Shown: positions 42,883 to 51,229 of the stretch, piece by piece
Numbering within the stretch: position 1 is the first letter of the stretch
Layout: each line of letters begins with the position of its first letter
Assembly (NCBI GenBank): GCA_965200025.1
Contig: OZ241325.1
Coordinates: 1,178,743 to 1,242,742 of the forward strand
Reading direction: 5' to 3'
DNA from: Bdellovibrionales bacterium
Lineage (GTDB): Bacteria; Bdellovibrionota; Bdellovibrionia; Bdellovibrionales; UBA1609
DNA: 64,000 nucleotides
The notes under the pieces: generated by a model
Seen by the model: only the letters and a program-made list of their open reading frames with translations
What the model was told of the DNA's origin: nothing
Databases searched by the model: none
Program-made: the position numbers and the translations under genes

Positions 42883-43863
42883 TTATTCCAAATGGGGCCA
42901 TTGGCCCAGGTACTTCACTTCCGGCTCAAGCCACACCCCAAACTGCTTTTTCACTTTTTGTTGCACCTTTTGAATAAGCCTGTGAATATCTTCTGCCTGA
43001 GCTGCCCCGGTATTGACAATAAAATTGGCGTGCTTTTCAGACACTTCAGCCCCCCCCACTTTTAACCCCTTAAGCCCGCTCTTTTCAATCAAAGCTCCGG
43101 CTCCCAAACCTTCATGTGGGTTTTTAAAGACCGAACCACAGCTGGCAGATTTTAACGGCTGGCTAAAAGCCCGCCTCATGGCCAAAGCTTTTAGCTTGTC
43201 TTTAAATCCGGGAAGAGACTTTAAAGGCCAACTCACACTGACTTCAAAAATTACTCCAGGCCCCCATCCTTCGCTCTTTCGGTACTTCCAATGGATTTGA
43301 TTTTTTGTAATTTTTTTGATCTGCCCGGAGGGGCTTATCACACAAACCTCATCCACAATATCCTTAAACTCCCGGGGGATGTTTTGATCTTCCTCTCCTC
43401 CGGCCACAGAAGAAGTTTTTGTGTGTGAAACACCAGATGTTTTATCAGCTGGGGGTATACCCTTTTGTCCCCAGCCTGCATTCATCACCACTCCTCCCCC
43501 CATTTGTCCTGGCAGGCCACATAAAAACAAAGCAGGTGCCAGCTGGTAACGCACAAAAACCTGCATCACCTCTGCCTTTCTGGCACCACTGAAAGCACGG
43601 ATACGAAGCCTGCCTCCGGACTCTGAATACTCAAGATCTTTCAACTTATTGATGTTGATAACCAGACCTCTTACACCTTTGTCACTGATTAACACATTGG
43701 TGCCACCACCCAGAAGGTTTATCTTCACCCTCTGTTGGCTGGCCCACTTTAAGCAGGACAACAAATCGTTTAAACCGCAGGGCTGACAAAAAAATTCTGC
43801 CTCACCACCCACCTTCCAGCTGTTAAAGGATTTTAAATTTTTGTTTTTTTCTATCTTCATCAT
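42883..43863 (-). CDS. murB: UDP-N-acetylenolpyruvoylglucosamine reductase
   Basis: 326 aa. FAD-binding N-terminus (WKVGGEAEFF..LGGGTNVL), GGVVMNAG, and a C-terminal GSVFKNP..AGALIE..GLKG..VGGA.VSEKHANFIVN pattern. Confidence 0.9.
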   Translation of the reverse strand: MMKIEKNKNLKSFNSWKVGGEAEFFCQPCGLNDLLSCLKWASQQRVKINLLGGGTNVLISDKGVRGLVININKLKDLEYSESGGRLRIRAFSGARKAEVMQVFVRYQLAPALFLCGLPGQMGGGVVMNAGWGQKGIPPADKTSGVSHTKTSSVAGGEEDQNIPREFKDIVDEVCVISPSGQIKKITKNQIHWKYRKSEGWGPGVIFEVSVSWPLKSLPGFKDKLKALAMRRAFSQPLKSASCGSVFKNPHEGLGAGALIEKSGLKGLKVGGAEVSEKHANFIVNTGAAQAEDIHRLIQKVQQKVKKQFGVWLEPEVKYLGQWPHLE

Positions 43864-44016
43864 TTGTATTCCTTATAAAGGCTCCAAAAGAATGGCAGTA
43901 CAGATTCAAAAACACCTTTCAATACAAAAGTCCTGAAATATATTTTTTAGTTCTCAAATATATTACCAACTGCTAACCTAAAAGCCAAACCCATTTTGAG
44001 AAAGAAGGTTTTAACC

Positions 44017-44808
44017 ATGAAAGCTTATACAGTACTTGCTTTTTCTTTAATAACCGGGTGGGCCTCAAGCCAGCAGGATGTGCTTTCCGTATGTGAAAGA
44101 ACACCTCAGGTTAAGGACAGGATAGTTACAAAACTTCAGGAAAAAGTCAGTCCCGATATAGACTGTGAGCTTGCCAATAATCTTCTCAATACTATTGCAA
44201 CTCTTAATTTAAGATACCAAAACATATCTCAGCTGAAGAGGGGGGATTTTTCAGGTCTTTCCTCTTTGAAAACACTTTGGCTCGGTGAAAATAACATAAA
44301 AAATTTGCCACAAGGTATATTTTCCGGTCTTTTGTATATTGAACAAATTGACCTTGGAGAAAATCAACTGAGCAGTTTACCGGAAGGGATATTTTCCGGA
44401 CTTCTCCATCTTACAGCTATTTACCTGAGAGAAAACAAGTTAAGCAGCCTGTCAGAAGATCTGTTTTCAGGACTTTCTCTTCTTACTTACATTTGGCTTA
44501 ATGGAAATAACCTGAGCGACTTACCTCAAAGGATATTTTATTGGCAACATGATTTAGAGTATCTTCAGCTTAACCATAACAAATTAAAAACCCTGCCAGA
44601 AGAGGTGTTTGCAAATCTTTCCTCTTTGGAAACTCTTAATTTGGGTGACAATCAATTAAAAAGATTGCCAGAGGGTATGTTTTCCGGACTGAAATCTCTG
44701 AAAAATATTTCACTTTATAACAATCAGTTTTCAGATCTGGAAGAGCTGCGTATCTACAAACAAATAAAATCCCAATATCCTGGACGAACTGTTGATATTA
44801 GTTTTTAA
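44017..44808 (+). CDS. Secreted LRR protein
   Basis: ATG at 44017 (MKAYTVLAFSLITGWASS). Cap VCERTPQVKDRIVTKLQEKVSPDIDCELANNLLNTI. About 8 LRRs with LPxGIFSGL. Confidence 0.85.
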   Translation: MKAYTVLAFSLITGWASSQQDVLSVCERTPQVKDRIVTKLQEKVSPDIDCELANNLLNTIATLNLRYQNISQLKRGDFSGLSSLKTLWLGENNIKNLPQGIFSGLLYIEQIDLGENQLSSLPEGIFSGLLHLTAIYLRENKLSSLSEDLFSGLSLLTYIWLNGNNLSDLPQRIFYWQHDLEYLQLNHNKLKTLPEEVFANLSSLETLNLGDNQLKRLPEGMFSGLKSLKNISLYNNQFSDLEELRIYKQIKSQYPGRTVDISF

Positions 44809-44864
44809 TTAAAATCTGATACATTTTAAAAATAAAGTATGCCCCCAGGAAAGAACAGTTTTTA

Positions 44865-45077
44865 TCAGCGGGACTGGTCTTTTGAAAACAAGTGGTTGTA
44901 TATTTTTGTCAGGGTGTTTTGAATCTCTGTTTGTTTTTGGTCTATTCTCAAAATCTCTTTTTCCATACTCCTCTGCTTTTCAGAAATTTCCTTTATTCCA
45001 TTCTTTAAGAGGTCTTGGTTTTCTTTTAAAAGCACTTGATTTTCCTTTACAGGGTTTAAAAGCCAGTTAAATATCAC
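44865..45077 (-). CDS. Small coiled-coil hypothetical protein
   Basis: 70-aa ORF with a GTG start. The upstream in-frame hydrophobic stretch lacks a canonical start codon. Weak support. Confidence 0.25.
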   Translation of the reverse strand: MIFNWLLNPVKENQVLLKENQDLLKNGIKEISEKQRSMEKEILRIDQKQTEIQNTLTKIYNHLFSKDQSR

Positions 45078-45270
45078 TCCCAGAACAGAAATCAGGGCTG
45101 CAAAAGCTATAATGGCTGATAAAAAAACCTGAAGATAAGTGTCTATAGCTGACTCTCCTTTATGATTGTGAGTTTACTGCTTAAAGCACTATATACCCTT
45201 TTTTGAGCTTTGTAAAACAAAAAAACCTCACCTTGACCTGATTCCTTACAGAAGGGAGATACCTTGAACC

Positions 45271-45714
45271 TTAGTTTTTAGGTTGTTCCATACCAAAAAG
45301 ACCCTTCATAACCGCATTAACAGAGGTAAAAACCCCGGTGGCTATACTGCCAATCAGAGCCACCAAAACCCAGTCTCCAAAAACAAAAGCCTCGCCCGCA
45401 TTTTCACCCACAATCTTCTGCCAAATATACACAACCACCTGTATTACCAGAATTACAAAAACTCCGATTGTGTACCAATTTAAATACTTAAAAATTCTAT
45501 CAACATATTTTTCCTTTAACTTCCTGTCCTGCTGGCGGCTTTTGATATCTTCGGATAGCTGTTCATTCTGCAAACGTTTTGCTTCATCATCCAGATTTTG
45601 GTCATAACGTTCTGCCTTCTTTTTTTCTTCGTTTTCCCTCAAGAGGTGATAAGATTTTCTGCTTAACCATTCATCTAAATCTCGAAGTCTCTGGTGATCC
45701 GATTTGTCATCCAT
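45271..45714 (-). CDS. Two-TM membrane protein, candidate toxin partner of the Panacea-domain protein
   Basis: 147 aa. Charged coiled-coil N-terminal half, then two hydrophobic helices (YTIGVFVILVIQVVVYIW; WVLVALIGSIATGVFTSV). The start overlaps the upstream gene by 8 nt. Confidence 0.5.
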   Translation of the reverse strand: MDDKSDHQRLRDLDEWLSRKSYHLLRENEEKKKAERYDQNLDDEAKRLQNEQLSEDIKSRQQDRKLKEKYVDRIFKYLNWYTIGVFVILVIQVVVYIWQKIVGENAGEAFVFGDWVLVALIGSIATGVFTSVNAVMKGLFGMEQPKN

Positions 45715-46243
45715 TTATATTTTCCTCTTTTTCAGGGTTTTTAAGAATTTCCAAATAATACTTTTTGATGAGATCATTATTTATAGAAAATTCTCTGCTA
45801 CGCTTGCCCTCTTCCCAGGCTTCACTCCAGGGAGTGCCTTTTTTGTGAGTGATAACTGAGAGTTCCCAACCTTCCAAGTGACCATATTTGTTATATACCC
45901 CACTTATAATTTTTTTCTCATTGTCAGAAAAATCTGCTGTCCAATCCTCCACTGTACTTATTTGGGGATTAAACCTTTGAGCTTTTTTCCTGATAAAACC
46001 AGGTTGAGCCTTAAACTCATGGTATATACTGGGAAATACAGGGCCATACTTCCAGGCCTCTACATATTCATTGGCTAAAAGCCAATCTTTATTTGGCCTG
46101 CTTAACACAGCCAAAGTCACTCCATGTGCAATGTACGAAAGCTTTAAAAGCTGCATTAAAGTCAAACCCTGATCACTTCTTAATCCTATAAAATAATTGG
46201 CTATTGTTACCGGATTGTATCCTTTTCCATTACCTTCTTCCAT
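45707..46243 (-). CDS. Panacea-domain (DUF4065 / SocA-like) antitoxin candidate
   Basis: 178 aa. IANYFI..LTLMQLLKLSYIAHGVTLAVL....EYVEAWKYGPVFPSIYHEFK matches the DUF4065 signature. Confidence 0.7.
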   Translation of the reverse strand: MEEGNGKGYNPVTIANYFIGLRSDQGLTLMQLLKLSYIAHGVTLAVLSRPNKDWLLANEYVEAWKYGPVFPSIYHEFKAQPGFIRKKAQRFNPQISTVEDWTADFSDNEKKIISGVYNKYGHLEGWELSVITHKKGTPWSEAWEEGKRSREFSINNDLIKKYYLEILKNPEKEENING

Positions 46244-46423
46244 TGGTTATCCCTCCCCTTTTGTTTATCAATATTTACCTGTTTAAAAGCCTCAGCAGCC
46301 ATACAAAATCCAATAACCACTATGGTTCATTTAGACCAGAATCTGCAAAAATAACCTGAAAACCCCACACCCCACTGTAGTATAACACTATACATCAAAG
46401 TCAAGTCCATAAGCATCAAAAAA

Positions 46424-46446
46424 AGCCACTTTTTGGGGGGTCAGGG
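46424..46446 (-). mobile_element. Solo IS-end fragment (inverted orientation)
   Basis: The reverse complement CCCCTGACCCCCCAAAAAGTGGC matches about 20 nt of the IS left inverted repeat (CGTGACCCCCAAAAAGTGGCTAC). Confidence 0.4.
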
Positions 46447-46579
46447 GAAAAAAACTGCCTCTTTTTTGATAAAAAACAACTGGACCACAAAGTAAAAAGA
46501 TACTAACTTATGACATAGTATCTCTTTTAAAAAAAACCGATACTAACTTTTCAAACCCTGGTTTAAGGAGAAGATTTTT

Positions 46580-46640
46580 ATGGATTTGAAGATAGGCAGG
46601 CAAGTTCGGCAAAAAGCGGGATTTTCAGCTTTTGTATTAG
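46580..46640 (+). pseudogene. 5' stub of an XRE-type HTH gene truncated by an IS relic
   Basis: AAGGAG, then ATG, then MDLKIGRQVRQKAGFS.., a typical XRE N-terminus. The frame runs straight into the IS relic starting at 46641. Confidence 0.3.
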
Positions 46641-46740
46641 TGTTCGTGACCCCCAAAAGTGGCTACTTTTCGATTAGGGGGATGAGTGACTAAGATACGC
46701 CAAGAGGTTCACAAGAGAGAAGAAGTCGGTCACTCTTTGT
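46641..46740 (+). mobile_element. Relic of the same IS family (IRL plus 5' part of orfA, degenerate)
   Basis: TGTTCGTGACCCCCAAAAGTGGCTACTTTTC...GCCAAGAGGTTCACAAGAGAG...GTCACTCT aligns with positions 1 to about 105 of the intact IS, with mismatches and indels. Confidence 0.6.
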
Positions 46741-46810
46741 TCTTCAAATAAAAATAGTTTTTAGTGCTATGCGTTATTAAAAATTCATAAGTTATTTCAA
46801 TATATTATAT

Positions 46811-46832
46811 AAAAAATGGGGGGGGGTAAAAA
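46811..46832 (+). promoter_or_regulatory. G9 motif, copy F (core only)
   Basis: AAAAAAT-GGGGGGGGG-TAAAAA with no clear -35. It lies 146 nt upstream of the IS copy 1 insertion point. Confidence 0.3.
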
Positions 46833-47028
46833 AACTTGCCAATGTGACAGAATACAACATACTTTTAAATACAAAGTAAAAAAAATGGCCACTGTTTAGA
46901 GGTTTTTAAGAAGTTGTACCGGCACCATTTTTGGTGGTTTTTTTACTTTATGTAAAACTGTCTCTTAAAGAAAAAAGTGTTCGTGACCCCCAAAAAGTGG
47001 CTACTTTTCTCTAAAGGAGGGAGTAGCG

Positions 47029-47412
47029 ATGTTAAAATATGCCAAGAGGTTCACAAGAGAGCAAAAATCGGTCATTCTGTCGGAGCATTTAGAGGGCGGT
47101 GTAAGTATCTCTGAGCTGTCTCGGAAGTACCAGGTCAGCCCTCATACCATTTATATTTGGAGGAGGGCTATGAAGAAGGAGGATGTGGTGTCATTAGAGC
47201 CTGCGGAGCTATTGAGTGAGATAGAGAAGCTGAAGAGGGAGAACTCACTTTTGAAGCACCGGGTGGCGGATCAGGCTTTGGATATAGAGACTTTAAAGGG
47301 GTGGAATGATTTTATAAAAAAAAAGCTGAGGGAAGGACGACTGAGTTTGCAAAAGAGTTCGTTGGGGGAGGAGGGTGTCTCAGGGTCACGAAAAAAAGGT
47401 TCAGTGAGTTAG
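47029..47412 (+). CDS. IS3-family transposase OrfA (HTH)
   Basis: 127 aa. HTH ISELSRKYQVSPHTIYIWRR plus a leucine-zipper-like region. The slippery A AAA AAA at 47391-47397 is near the 3' end. Confidence 0.85.
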   Translation: MLKYAKRFTREQKSVILSEHLEGGVSISELSRKYQVSPHTIYIWRRAMKKEDVVSLEPAELLSEIEKLKRENSLLKHRVADQALDIETLKGWNDFIKKKLREGRLSLQKSSLGEEGVSGSRKKGSVS

Positions 47413-48347
47413 TGGGTTTTCATGTGAAGTCTTTATACAAGAGGAGGAGAGAGAGGGGGAAGAAGAGTGGAGGAAGAGGGGGTAAAGTGAAAGGTGCCAA
47501 ATGGTCAGAGGATCGTGGTATTTTACTGTCTTTAAAGAGGCTTTTGCAGGATCGTGCCACTTATGGATATAAGAGGATCACAGCCATGTATAACAGAGAG
47601 AGGACAGAGTTGGGTTTGCCGGTGTATAACAGGAAGCGTATTTATCGCATTATGAAGGCTCATGGTCTTCTTTTGCCCTCCTCTGTCCAGAGGAGAGGTT
47701 TGGGGGTAAAGGGGACAGGTCAGATTATCACGAAGGACTCAGACAGACGTTGGTGTTCAGATTGTTTTGAAGTTCATTGTTTTAATGGGGAGAAGGTGTA
47801 TGTTTCATTTGTTTTGGATTGCCATGACAGGGAGCTTATCAGTTTTGTGGCTTTTGCACGTCCTCTGGGGGCAGGGGATATAAAGGATTTGATGATTTTG
47901 GCTGTGGAAAGACGATTCGGTGGTACTTTGCGAACAAAAAGAGAGATTGAGTTTTTAACAGACAGAGGAAGTATTTACAGAGCTTATGAGGTTCAACAAC
48001 TGGCCAGAAGGCTGGGGTTAAAGTCTTGTTTTACCCGGGCTTACAGCCCACAGAGCAATGGAATGGCAGAAGCTTTTGTGAAGACAATAAAGAGGGATTA
48101 TGTGTATGTGAGGGATTGTGTGTCAGCGGACAGGACTTTGAAGCTCTTGGGGGCTTGGATGGAGGATTATAATACCAAAGCTCCCCATTCGGGATTGGGG
48201 ATGAGGAGTCCTTTGGAGTACAGGAAGAGTAAGGAGAGGAGCTGTGAGGGTAATAATTTTAACAGGGAGCTGGAGGCCAGGTCATCCCTAAAACCTTACA
48301 AATACCTAAAAAAAGGGTTTTGTCTGTACAAAGGATTTAAAATATGA
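47412..48347 (+). CDS. IS3-family transposase OrfB (DDE/rve integrase core), expressed as OrfAB by -1 frameshift
   Basis: In the -1 frame relative to orfA. DDE region RRWCSDCF .. LTDRGSIY .. SPQSNGMAEAFVKTIKRD. Confidence 0.85.
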   Translation: MGFHVKSLYKRRRERGKKSGGRGGKVKGAKWSEDRGILLSLKRLLQDRATYGYKRITAMYNRERTELGLPVYNRKRIYRIMKAHGLLLPSSVQRRGLGVKGTGQIITKDSDRRWCSDCFEVHCFNGEKVYVSFVLDCHDRELISFVAFARPLGAGDIKDLMILAVERRFGGTLRTKREIEFLTDRGSIYRAYEVQQLARRLGLKSCFTRAYSPQSNGMAEAFVKTIKRDYVYVRDCVSADRTLKLLGAWMEDYNTKAPHSGLGMRSPLEYRKSKERSCEGNNFNRELEARSSLKPYKYLKKGFCLYKGFKI

Positions 48348-48429
48348 AAAATAAACCCACAAATGGGCAGTTTTATACAAACCAGAAAAGTAGCCAAAAA
48401 TGGGGGCCAGTACAAAAGGAGGAACTTCA

Positions 48430-49065
48430 ATGATAAAATCTTTAATACATGTCGCATTAGTTTTCAGTTTTTTTGCTTACGGAACACAAGACATTCTTCC
48501 CGTGTGTGAAAGAACTCCACAGGTACAGGAAGCCATTGTAAAAAAATTTCGTGAAAAAGTAAGCACTGATATAGATTGTAAGCTGGCAGATACACTGCTG
48601 GATCAAATTCTTGAATTGTCGTTGTATGATCAGGGTTTGACTTCTTTAAAAGTGGGGGATTTTTCAGGTCTCACTGATCTAAGAGGACTCGTTTTAACAG
48701 AAAATAAACTCAGTGTTCTACCACAAAATGTATTTTCCGGACTTTCAAAACTCAATGAACTTAATCTTTCAAACAATAAATTCACAGAGTTGCCTAAAGG
48801 AATGTTTTCAGGACTTTCCTCTCTAACTGCACTCTTCGTTAGTAACAATAGTATAAGCAGTATTAATCCACAGGATATAATGACAGGTATTCCCACTCTG
48901 GGAGCATTTTTTTTTGATAATAATAATCTTTCATTAAAAGAAGAAAAAGATATCAAACAAGCATTCAGAGCTCTCCGTCCCGGGATGAAAATGGACAGAA
49001 CGTCTCTCAAATGGAAGCATCCAAGCTATGACATTTTGATGGAAATGCTGCTCGAAAAAGATTAA
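48430..49065 (+). CDS. Secreted LRR protein
   Basis: The ORF opens inside the IS end, but the real start is the ATG at 48430 (MIKSLIHVALVFSFFAYG), 7 nt after AAAGGAGG. Cap VCERTPQVQEAIVKKFREKVSTDIDCKLADTLLDQI. Confidence 0.8.
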   Translation: MIKSLIHVALVFSFFAYGTQDILPVCERTPQVQEAIVKKFREKVSTDIDCKLADTLLDQILELSLYDQGLTSLKVGDFSGLTDLRGLVLTENKLSVLPQNVFSGLSKLNELNLSNNKFTELPKGMFSGLSSLTALFVSNNSISSINPQDIMTGIPTLGAFFFDNNNLSLKEEKDIKQAFRALRPGMKMDRTSLKWKHPSYDILMEMLLEKD

Positions 49066-49159
49066 AGTTTTTTTTAACTTCAGACGATAAAGAGCTGTGG
49101 AAGGACAAAAAAACAAAATATTTCAGTGTTTTCCATAGTTTAAAACAGGAGGTTTGATA

Positions 49160-49438
49160 ATGAAAATAATAAAGCTAAAACTCGCAATCGGTCTCTTATT
49201 CACATTCATAATGGGTTGGTCTTTGAGTGTTCAGGGGGTTGTTCACCACCTGGCAGCACCTGTTATAGCCACAGAGAGTGCAGCCCAGGCTTTGGAGCAA
49301 AAAAAACAGGCCACCCGCCTTATTCAACAAATTCAAAACCAACAATCACAAAGAAGGCGGCAGATGGACAACATTCTTAACAACAACGGCAATAACAACT
49401 GCCCCGCTGGTGAGAGCTGCCCCCCCTCCTCCCATTAA
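49160..49438 (+). CDS. Small secreted hypothetical protein
   Basis: ATG at 49160 after AGGAGG. Signal-like MKIIKLKLAIGLLFTFIMGWSLSVQG. Q/N-rich. It may be the 5' part of a decayed gene. Confidence 0.4.
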   Translation: MKIIKLKLAIGLLFTFIMGWSLSVQGVVHHLAAPVIATESAAQALEQKKQATRLIQQIQNQQSQRRRQMDNILNNNGNNNCPAGESCPPSSH

Positions 49439-49439
49439 G

Positions 49440-49515
49440 AGGATACTCCATTTTAAGTCGGGGGATTTTTCAGGTCTCACCTCACCAAAATATAACAACG
49501 ATGCATTTCAGGGAT
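49440..49515 (+). pseudogene. LRR gene fragment
   Basis: An alternative frame reads ILHFKSGDFSGLTSPKYNNDAFQGL. This is the family-specific (L)KxGDFSGL(S/T) junction, with no cap and no repeats following. It abuts the guaA 3' end. Confidence 0.3.
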
Positions 49516-51221
49516 TAAAGCCATTCGATGGTGCCAGGGGGTTTTGAAGTCACATCATACACCACCCGGTTAATACCCTTAACCTCGTTTGTAATACGAT
49601 CGGAAACTTTATGAAGAAAGCCTGCTTCAAAAGCAAACCAGTCGGCTGTCATGCCGTCCCGGGAGGTGATGGCCCGTAAAGCCAACACTTCATCGTAACT
49701 GCGGCTGTCCCCCTGTACCCCCACAGACCTGGTATCCAGCAAGACACAAAAAGCCTGCCAAATTTTACCATAAAGACCGGAAAGCCTAAGCTCTTCCATA
49801 AAAATGGCATCTGCCTTTCTGAGTTTTTCCACACGGGAAGGGCTTAGCTCCCCCACTATCCGGACAGCCAGGCCAGGCCCTGGAAAAGGATGCCGGTTTA
49901 AAAACTTCTCCGGTACACAAAGCTCTTGCCCTAAAAGCCTGACCTCATCTTTAAACAGCTCCCTTAAAGGTTCCACCAATTTAAAAGGCAAAGCCTTGGG
50001 CAGGCCCCCCACATTATGGTGAGATTTGATAGTCACACCTGCCCCTTCAGGTGACAAGCTCTCAATCACATCCGGGTACAAAGTCCCCTGAGCCAAACAA
50101 TTCAAGCACGGGTGTTGAGATGCATATTTTTTAAAAATATCAATAAATTTTTTGCCTATGATTTTTCTTTTTTGTTCCGGATCACTGACCCCCTTTAATA
50201 CATTTAAAAACTCCTCACTGGCCTGCACACCCTTAACATTTAAATTTAACTTTTTATAAAGTAGCAAAACCTCTTTAAACTCCCCCTGCCTTAAAAGCCC
50301 TGTGTCCACAAACACACACTGCACCTTTTTTTTACCCATCACATGAGTAAGCAGCACTGCTGTGACTGTGGAATCCACACCCCCACTTAAAGCACAAAGA
50401 ATTTGATCTTCTGCCTTCAGAGTTTTTTGAACCTGAGATTTTACATGATCCAACATGGCAGAGGGAGTCCAAGAACCTTTTTTAACCCCGCATATCTGCC
50501 GGGCAAAATAGAGTATGATGTTTTGTCCCCTGTCTGTGTGCGAAACCTCCGGGTGAAACTGAACAGCCAGAATCTTCTTTATACCACCATCCCCTTTATG
50601 GAATAAAATGGCAGGCACTCCCTTGTCTGTTTTGGCCCACACATGAAAATTAGGGGGAATTTTGGATACAAAATCCCCATGACTCATCCACACCCATAAA
50701 GATTGTTTTTCTTTGTTCGATGAATGTTGCATTTCTGGATTCCCGCCTTCAAGGGACTTGAAGTCACGATGTGACTTCAAGAAACTTCCTCGGGAATAAT
50801 GCGGCACCTCATGAAAATGCAACACTCCAGGAAACAGTGACAAAGCCCGGGCCATATCCTTCCCCTCCTCTGTCCACAAAATGCGGCTTTTGCCATAAGC
50901 ACGAAGGCCACTGCCTGCCTTTACCTCCCCCCCCCACTGATGACAAAGCATCTGAAACCCATAACAAACCCCCAACAAAGGGGCAGTTTCAGCCAACTCC
51001 TTTAAAGACCTCGAAGGGGAACTGTTGTCCCACACAGAAGCCGGCCCCCCACTGATCACAATACCCGAAGGCTTAAGGTTTTTTATCTTCTCCAAAGGAA
51101 AATCAAAGCCCTTCACCAGACAGTAAAAACCCAACTCCCTGAAAGTTCTGGCTATTAACCAGGTGTACTGAGAACCAAAATCCAATATAAGAAAAACACC
51201 ACCACCTTTAGCCAAACTCAC
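49515..51221 (-). CDS. guaA: GMP synthase (glutamine-hydrolysing)
   Basis: 568 aa. GATase nucleophile GVCYGFQ and FHPEVSHT. PP-loop SGGVDSTV. C-terminus KPPGTIEWL. Carries an extra ~40 aa before WMSHGD. Confidence 0.9.
   Translation of the reverse strand: MSLAKGGGVFLILDFGSQYTWLIARTFRELGFYCLVKGFDFPLEKIKNLKPSGIVISGGPASVWDNSSPSRSLKELAETAPLLGVCYGFQMLCHQWGGEVKAGSGLRAYGKSRILWTEEGKDMARALSLFPGVLHFHEVPHYSRGSFLKSHRDFKSLEGGNPEMQHSSNKEKQSLWVWMSHGDFVSKIPPNFHVWAKTDKGVPAILFHKGDGGIKKILAVQFHPEVSHTDRGQNIILYFARQICGVKKGSWTPSAMLDHVKSQVQKTLKAEDQILCALSGGVDSTVTAVLLTHVMGKKKVQCVFVDTGLLRQGEFKEVLLLYKKLNLNVKGVQASEEFLNVLKGVSDPEQKRKIIGKKFIDIFKKYASQHPCLNCLAQGTLYPDVIESLSPEGAGVTIKSHHNVGGLPKALPFKLVEPLRELFKDEVRLLGQELCVPEKFLNRHPFPGPGLAVRIVGELSPSRVEKLRKADAIFMEELRLSGLYGKIWQAFCVLLDTRSVGVQGDSRSYDEVLALRAITSRDGMTADWFAFEAGFLHKVSDRITNEVKGINRVVYDVTSKPPGTIEWL
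50737..50799. repeat. Long-form nested palindromic element inside guaA
   Basis: GGATTCCCGCC..ACTTGAAGTCAC-GAT-GTGACTTCAAG..CTCGGGAATAA. The outer arms equal the ATTCCCG/CGGGAAT arms of the short hairpin element, and the inner stem is a perfect 11 bp. Confidence 0.7.
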
Positions 51222-51229
51222 ACACCTTT

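Larger units (their letters stand above)
46978..48414 (+). mobile_element. IS3-family insertion sequence, copy 1 (1437 bp)
   Basis: Imperfect terminal inverted repeats TGTTCGTGACCCCCAAAAAGTGGCTACTTTTCT / TGTACTGGCCCCCATTTTTGGCTACTTTTCT (TG..CA ends). 4-bp target duplication AAAG (46974-46977 and 48415-48418). orfA/orfB with an A7 slippery site. Confidence 0.9.

Noticed and set aside
3628-46826. G9 tracts as pure sequencing or assembly artefacts
   Set aside because: This cannot be excluded for the intergenic copies. However, the three coding G9 tracts keep long conserved ORFs in frame at exactly 9, so the lengths are probably real. The uniform length is noted as a caveat rather than dismissed.
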